DNA from: Bradymonadia bacterium
GTDB taxonomy: Bacteria > Myxococcota_A > Bradymonadia > UBA7976 > UBA1532
Assembly: GCA_046290225.1 (NCBI GenBank)
Contig: JBKAGE010000053.1
Location: 1 to 64,000, forward strand
DNA: 64,000 nucleotides
Direction: 5' to 3'
Shown in pieces: positions 58,696-64,000 of the stretch. The position numbers were made by a program, and so were the translations under genes. Under the pieces are notes generated by a model that was not told the origin of the DNA, searched no databases, and saw only the letters and a program-made list of their open reading frames with translations. Every line of letters begins with the position of its first letter. Within the stretch, counting starts at the first letter, position 1.

Positions 58696-60551
58696 GGGCG
58701 CGAGTCCGTAACTGACCCACCCGTATTGGGCCAATACAGAGTAAATCGGGTGCCGCGGCGCCCTGCTGCATCTGTGGGTGCGCCTTGCTGAGTGATCGGC
58801 GCCTCGAGGTGTATGTGGCCCCCATGCAGCTCGATCAGGCGCTTGACGATGGCCAGGCCCATACCGCTGCCTTCTACCTCATCTCTCGACTTGAGCGTGG
58901 TGAAGGGCTCGAAGATGCGGGTGTGGTACTGCTCAGGGATCCCGGGACCGTCGTCTTCCACCAGCAGCTCACATCCACCGTCAGCGGCCTTCACCGTCAC
59001 GATGATGCTGCCTTCACCGCGATCGTGGTGCTTTATGGCGTTGCTCACGAGGTTGCGCAGTGCTGTGGAGAGAGGCGTCGTTTGCGTATTGAGGATCTGC
59101 GTCTCCCCCACCACCTGGACAGTGAAGGCGTCTGGCGGGTCGACGACGTAGACCACCTCCTGGGCGAGCTCAAGGATGTCCACCTCTCTCACTTGATCGA
59201 TCCGTTGCCCCAATCGTGCATAGGCGAGGAGGTCATCGAGCAGAGCGCTGAGGCGACCCACTCGACGCACGAGATGCTCGAAGTGATCTCGAGCTTCACC
59301 CGTGAGCTGCTCACCGAGATCTTCTTCGATCCAGGAGGCGAGGTTCTTGATCCCCCTCAGAGGGGCCTTGAGATCATGGGCCGCTACACGGGTGAACTGT
59401 TCGAGATCGGCGTTGGCTTGAGCCAGCTTCTCGTTGCTCTCTCGCAGTGAGGTCTCCGCGAGCTTGCGCTCAGTGACGTCGCGCCCGATGGACTGAAACT
59501 CCAACACGCGCCCGTCAGTGTCGAAGATCGCCGTGTCGGTCCACTCCTGCCAGACCTCGTGGCCGTGCACGAGGGCACGGTGCTCATACGTCATCGTGCC
59601 CGGCCCTGCAGGATCTCCGAGCAGTTTGAGCTGGTTGAGCGTGCCCGCCTGATCGACCGCAGGGATGAAGTCGAGGAAGGCACGCCCGACGAGCTCGGTG
59701 GGCGTGCTGCCGAAGATCCGAGCATATGCTTCGTTGGTGTAGAGCAGGGTGGTGTCAGGCAGGAACCTGCAAATCATCTCGCTCTGGGCGTTGAGTATGT
59801 CGTGGCTCAGCGCTGCAGACTCGAGCTCGGCCTTGAGCGCCTGCTCTCGCTCTCGGGTCAGGCGTTTGAGGGGGGTGACATCGACAATGATGGCGAGGCT
59901 GCGGTTGACGCGGCCGTCATCGTCGTACTCGCTCGTGGCAGAGAGCAACACGTCGACCAGCTCGCCGCTCTTGGTCACGAATTGATAGGGCACCGACTCG
60001 CATCGCCCCGTGATCATGTACTGGGGCAGTACTTCTTCGATGGCATAACGCCGTGACTCGGGCGTGAGGAGTTCTGTGGAGCGCCTGCCGAGGACCTCAC
60101 CCCGGGTGTAGCCCAGTCGTTGCAGCCACATGTCGGAGATGTGCACGAGGCGACCTTCAGCATCGATGGAGTGCATCATGGCCGGCGCCGACTCGAAGAG
60201 TTCGGTGTAGCGCTGCTGGTAGTCGGTCTCTTCACCGAGGGGCCGCGTCAGCACTGTGACGAGACATCGAGGCACGCCCTCAACACCGTGTAGAGGGCTG
60301 AAGCGGACGTGCATGTGTTGCTCAGTGGCGGGCCAGGGGTACTGGAGATCGCGTCCCTCGACATCTTCGAGCCCTGAACGCCACCGGGTCACCAGGCTGG
60401 GAGACAGCAGGTCACTCAGCGCGCAGGGGGTCTCTGCATCTTCTGCCCGACCCCAGACCTTCTGCCAGTGGGCGTTGGCCTCGTCGATCTGCCAGGATTG
60501 ATCCGGTTGGCGTGTGAGCACGGCTGCGGCGGCGCCCATCATCTTCACCAT
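58692..60551 (-). CDS. Cytoplasmic PAS-domain sensor histidine kinase
   Basis: Two clear PAS/PAC units; AHDLKAPLR H-box, NLVSNAIK, DDGPGI, GMGLAIVK; AGGAGA RBS before 60551. Confidence 0.9.
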   Translation of the reverse strand: MVKMMGAAAAVLTRQPDQSWQIDEANAHWQKVWGRAEDAETPCALSDLLSPSLVTRWRSGLEDVEGRDLQYPWPATEQHMHVRFSPLHGVEGVPRCLVTVLTRPLGEETDYQQRYTELFESAPAMMHSIDAEGRLVHISDMWLQRLGYTRGEVLGRRSTELLTPESRRYAIEEVLPQYMITGRCESVPYQFVTKSGELVDVLLSATSEYDDDGRVNRSLAIIVDVTPLKRLTREREQALKAELESAALSHDILNAQSEMICRFLPDTTLLYTNEAYARIFGSTPTELVGRAFLDFIPAVDQAGTLNQLKLLGDPAGPGTMTYEHRALVHGHEVWQEWTDTAIFDTDGRVLEFQSIGRDVTERKLAETSLRESNEKLAQANADLEQFTRVAAHDLKAPLRGIKNLASWIEEDLGEQLTGEARDHFEHLVRRVGRLSALLDDLLAYARLGQRIDQVREVDILELAQEVVYVVDPPDAFTVQVVGETQILNTQTTPLSTALRNLVSNAIKHHDRGEGSIIVTVKAADGGCELLVEDDGPGIPEQYHTRIFEPFTTLKSRDEVEGSGMGLAIVKRLIELHGGHIHLEAPITQQGAPTDAAGRRGTRFTLYWPNTGGSVTDSRP

Positions 60552-60657
60552 GCTCAAACCAAGCTCTCCTGGTGACTGTGCTATGAACATCATTGCTATT
60601 AGACCTTCATCGGCAGGTCGAGTGAAAACCTGTCGATTCTTGTAAGGGAGCGGCGAG

Positions 60658-61848
60658 ATGCCCCGGCCGGGTGAGCACGAGCGCTGGACAGAAGCCATGC
60701 TGCTGGCCCTGGAGGCCGACGAGCACGACTTCCAGGAGTTCAAGAGCAGCCCCTTCGTCGTGCAAGAGGGGCGCATCGTCTCAGGGTTTCGAGACGCGCT
60801 CTCCCGGCAGATGTCCGCCTTCGCCAATGGGGCAGGCGGGCTGCTCTTCATCGGCCTCGAGGATGATGGCGGCATTGACGGCGGTGTACCTGTCGATCTC
60901 CGTGGAGGCGGGACCCGAGCGTGGCTCGAAGATGTCATCCCCAACCTCGTCGATCCGCCGCTCACGCGCTTCAACGTCTACGAGGTCACCGCCGACGGGC
61001 CCGGATCTGCCATAGATGAAGGGCATGCGGTCTACGTCATCGAAGTCTTCGGCAGCGAAGATGCGCCTCATCAGTCCTCCGACAAACGCTACTACCTGCG
61101 CATCGCCGGCAAATCCCGGCCCATGGGCCATGTGCACATCCAAGATGTGCTGCGCCGCACGCAGCATCCGCTGGTGCAGATCAGCCGGGTCGATCCATAT
61201 GGCGAGACGGTCCACAGCGAGGATGATCCACGCGGCCCCAAGGCGGTGCTCTCGTTTCAGAGTTTCCTGGCCAACACAGGGCGCCCCATGGCCCGCCACG
61301 TGGGGGTGGAGCTGATCTTGCCGCGCCCGCTGGTGAACGGCGAGGTGCGCGCCAGGATGATGGAGAGTGGCACCGACATCCGCCTGACTCAGCGCCCCGG
61401 TGAGCTGGTGTTCTTTCACTATCACCCGCTGCCGCTGTTTCCCGGCCAGGAGATCTTCTTTCAGCGTTTCTGGGTGGTGGTGCACGCTGCCAATCTCGAG
61501 CGCTTCACCAGCGGGCTGGGGGTGATGCGGTGGAGGGTCTACGCCGATGACGCCACCTTCGAGGAGGGCGAGGTCGATCTGAGCCGTTTCGCTCAGGTGC
61601 GTCGGGCGGTCGATTGGGTGCAAGAGCAGACTGGCCAGGGGCCTGTACGTAATCGCACCAAGAACGATCGGCGTCGACGAAAGCGCCGTCGAGATCGACA
61701 ACAAGCCCGCAAGGAAAAGGCCCGCCAGGGCAAGAAGCCGTCCGAGAGCCCTGGCACACCCGCGAAGCGTCGACGCAAGCCCGCACGGAAGCAGACGCCT
61801 CCGCCAGAGCAGACCAGCCTCGATCTCAACTCACCAAGCAGTGAGTGA
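60658..61848 (+). CDS. Schlafen/AlbA_2-domain protein with unknown C-terminal domain and basic tail
   Basis: EHDFQEFKS, SAFANGAGGLLFIG..DDG, PHQ..DKRYYLR. Confidence 0.8.
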   Translation: MPRPGEHERWTEAMLLALEADEHDFQEFKSSPFVVQEGRIVSGFRDALSRQMSAFANGAGGLLFIGLEDDGGIDGGVPVDLRGGGTRAWLEDVIPNLVDPPLTRFNVYEVTADGPGSAIDEGHAVYVIEVFGSEDAPHQSSDKRYYLRIAGKSRPMGHVHIQDVLRRTQHPLVQISRVDPYGETVHSEDDPRGPKAVLSFQSFLANTGRPMARHVGVELILPRPLVNGEVRARMMESGTDIRLTQRPGELVFFHYHPLPLFPGQEIFFQRFWVVVHAANLERFTSGLGVMRWRVYADDATFEEGEVDLSRFAQVRRAVDWVQEQTGQGPVRNRTKNDRRRRKRRRDRQQARKEKARQGKKPSESPGTPAKRRRKPARKQTPPPEQTSLDLNSPSSE

Positions 61849-62475
61849 TCAGCCTGCGAGCAGTTTCTTCAGGTTGGCCTTGAGGGCATCAACACCGAAG
61901 GTGCCCCCCGAGGTGTAGAAGTAGGGGTAGCGGGGGTGACCGCTGGTGAGATCGGCTTTGACCTCTCCGTTGGCGTCGAGCAGGAAGATGCGGGGTACAT
62001 AACCGCCATATTGCTGGAACTTCTCCGAGAGCCACTGGGGGCGCTCGTCGGAGTTCTGCTTGATCATGATCACCTCTTTGCCCATGGCCGCGAGCTCGCT
62101 GTCGTTGCTCAAGATGGGCGCCAGCGATCGGCACTTGGGACACCAGTCGGCGTAGACCACGAGGCACACGGGCTTCTGCTCGGTTTTGGCTTTGGCCATG
62201 CCCGCGTCCCAGCTCTGCCACTCCACGGCGCCGGCCCACTTGGCGGCAGATTTGGCGCTGTGACCTGTAGGCGTCTTGACCTTGGGTGGGGTCACCTTCA
62301 TGGCCTTGGGCAACGTCTTCTCGGCCTTCGCGGCCGGTGGAGCGGCCTTGGAGGTTTGAGAGGTCTTCACTGCCGGTGGGGGGCTCTGAGGGGTCTGTGC
62401 CGCAGGCTTCTCGACAGAGCAACCCAGCAAGCCCGTGAAGGTGAGGGTCCAGAGGGTGAGGGGGCGCAGCGCCAT
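61849..62475 (-). CDS. Thioredoxin-family lipoprotein
   Basis: LLGC lipobox; YADWCPKC; YVPRIF cis-Pro motif. Confidence 0.85.
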   Translation of the reverse strand: MALRPLTLWTLTFTGLLGCSVEKPAAQTPQSPPPAVKTSQTSKAAPPAAKAEKTLPKAMKVTPPKVKTPTGHSAKSAAKWAGAVEWQSWDAGMAKAKTEQKPVCLVVYADWCPKCRSLAPILSNDSELAAMGKEVIMIKQNSDERPQWLSEKFQQYGGYVPRIFLLDANGEVKADLTSGHPRYPYFYTSGGTFGVDALKANLKKLLAG

Positions 62476-62498
62476 GAGGGCTCCTGAAAAGTTGAGGG

Positions 62499-64000
62499 TC
62501 AAGGTTCGTCGTCTTCTTCGGGCACGAAGATCACCACCGCGCCGGGATCAACCACCTCGCCATCGGCGATCTCGACGTTCGGGCCGATGACCGCCCCGGC
62601 GCCGATGACCGCGTCGGTGCCGATCCAGACGTCGTCGCCGATCCAGACATCTTCTGCCACGAGGGCGGTGCGATCGATGCGCACCCGCTCTCCGATGGTG
62701 GTGCGGGCGCCGATGACCACCTCCTCGGCCACCTCGAGGTATCCGCCGGCCCAGACCGTCGAGGCGATCTGTGCCTGATGGTAGATGCGCGCCCGCTGGC
62801 CGAGATAGACCCCCTCGGGGAGATCGGCGCTGATCATGCTGTTGGCGCCGATCTGGCAATCTGCACCGATGCGCCGGCGCTGCACCAGGATGCTGTCGTC
62901 ACCGAGACGTACCCGAGGGCCCACCTTGGCCTCAGGGCCCACCTCGACCCGCTCGCCCACCGTGGCACCTGGGCCTATGGCGCTGTACGAGGCGATACGA
63001 CTGCCAGCACCCACTGCGCTGTCGGAGCCCACTGTGCCGTCGATGGTGGTCGCGGCGCCGACGACGGCGCGGGGGCCGATGGCTGCTCTGCTGAGCACGC
63101 GGGCCTCAGGGCTCACCTGTGCTTCGGGGTGTACCTGGCCATCGACGGACGTGCACTGCGCCGGATCGTCTCCAGCGCAGTCGGGCACCAGCGTGAGGCG
63201 TACCCCATCAGGGCCCACAGGCACTGCGTGCACGGTGAGCAGGTTGTGGGCGTCGGGCAGCACTGTGCCCTCGGAGATGGCGTTGCCCTCGAGATCGGTG
63301 AGGGTCCAGCGGTAGCGCCGGCGGGGCACCACCTGGAACTGCTGAAGACGCCGCGGGGTGATGCCCACAGTCTGCTCGGTGTCGTCTTCGGTGCGGAACG
63401 CCATGGACCAGCGAGCGGGCTCGTCCACGGGAGGACCGGCCCAGTCGAGCCAGCTCGAGGACCAGGTCACCACCTGGTTGTAAAACGAGTCCACGCCGCT
63501 CGGGGGCGGGTAGGGCGAGTTGCCCGATGTGCGCTCAAAGGCGGGGATGCTCTCGTTCTTCACCACCGTGAAGCCGTTGAAGGGGGCGCTCGAGCGGTCG
63601 ACGGAGAGGGGCTCCGGCATCCCACGCCAGCCTTCCCAGCGGTGGTCGAAGCCGTTGATCAGACCACCCCAGGTCACCTTGCTGGCGTCGAAATCGACAT
63701 AAGAGGGCTGGCCCACGTCCCGCCAGGTGATGCTGCGATCGTTGTAGCCGTGGGCGATCCCGAAGGGGGCCACGTCGTCACCGAGGTGAGTGAGCATGTG
63801 GGTGCGGTGGTCCTGCATGTCCCAGACGAGGCGGCCGGAGAAACGATCGGCGAACTGGGTCCAGGGGCCCACGCCACGGAAGATGACCGGGTACTCGTCT
63901 CGTCGACGACCCCAGCGGTATTCGGCGTTGGGCCGCCACCGCTCGTTGGCGGCGTAGTTGGTCTGCCCCTGGCTGGAGTAGAACGCCGCGAAGACCTCCG
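62499..64000 (-). CDS. 5'-truncated protein: alpha/beta-hydrolase-like region + C-terminal hexapeptide left-handed beta-helix
   Basis: Frame stays open to the window edge (EVFAAFYSSQG...); HGYND, DHRW; about 200 aa of [IV]GxxAx repeats. Confidence 0.65.
   Translation of the reverse strand, partial: EVFAAFYSSQGQTNYAANERWRPNAEYRWGRRRDEYPVIFRGVGPWTQFADRFSGRLVWDMQDHRTHMLTHLGDDVAPFGIAHGYNDRSITWRDVGQPSYVDFDASKVTWGGLINGFDHRWEGWRGMPEPLSVDRSSAPFNGFTVVKNESIPAFERTSGNSPYPPPSGVDSFYNQVVTWSSSWLDWAGPPVDEPARWSMAFRTEDDTEQTVGITPRRLQQFQVVPRRRYRWTLTDLEGNAISEGTVLPDAHNLLTVHAVPVGPDGVRLTLVPDCAGDDPAQCTSVDGQVHPEAQVSPEARVLSRAAIGPRAVVGAATTIDGTVGSDSAVGAGSRIASYSAIGPGATVGERVEVGPEAKVGPRVRLGDDSILVQRRRIGADCQIGANSMISADLPEGVYLGQRARIYHQAQIASTVWAGGYLEVAEEVVIGARTTIGERVRIDRTALVAEDVWIGDDVWIGTDAVIGAGAVIGPNVEIADGEVVDPGAVVIFVPEEDDEP

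Noticed and set aside
60552..60974. N-terminal extensions in the ORF track (histidine kinase; also 1261, 3273, 12375, 24398, 42563, 57058)
   Set aside because: They overlap neighbouring genes or promoters; downstream starts fit RBS or domain boundaries better

Overview
GC-rich chromosomal window from a Myxococcota-like deltaproteobacterium, inferred from a MYXO-CTERM-type tail, PEGA/TPR and FGE-family lipoproteins, a Hanks-type kinase, a PP2C phosphatase, a CsgA-like SDR and sigma54 promoter motifs. It holds about 50 genes. Housekeeping genes are rne, prfA, rho, manC, a two-gene RdgC-like pair and a sulfate assimilation operon (sir/cysI-like, cysG, APS reductase-type cysH, cysD, cysN). There are also many secreted Cys-rich or multidomain proteins. 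I saw no rRNA, tRNA, CRISPR array, transposase or integrase. The three best leads follow. (1) A translationally coupled six-gene operon (FHA-coiled coil, Ycf46-like AAA+ ATPase, DUF1257-like, DUF2997-like, giant acidic disordered protein, hypothetical) is transcribed divergently from a pentapeptide-repeat gene, and the ATPase and pentapeptide protein share the C-terminal motif RFxNLE(F/L)(D/E). (2) A secreted collagen fibre with helical spacer repeats ends in a phage tail-collar domain and a CxxCH cytochrome c domain. (3) RNase E has a structured leader with competing pairings and a very long, motif-repeating C-terminal tail. All family assignments come from motif recognition by eye; no database search was run.
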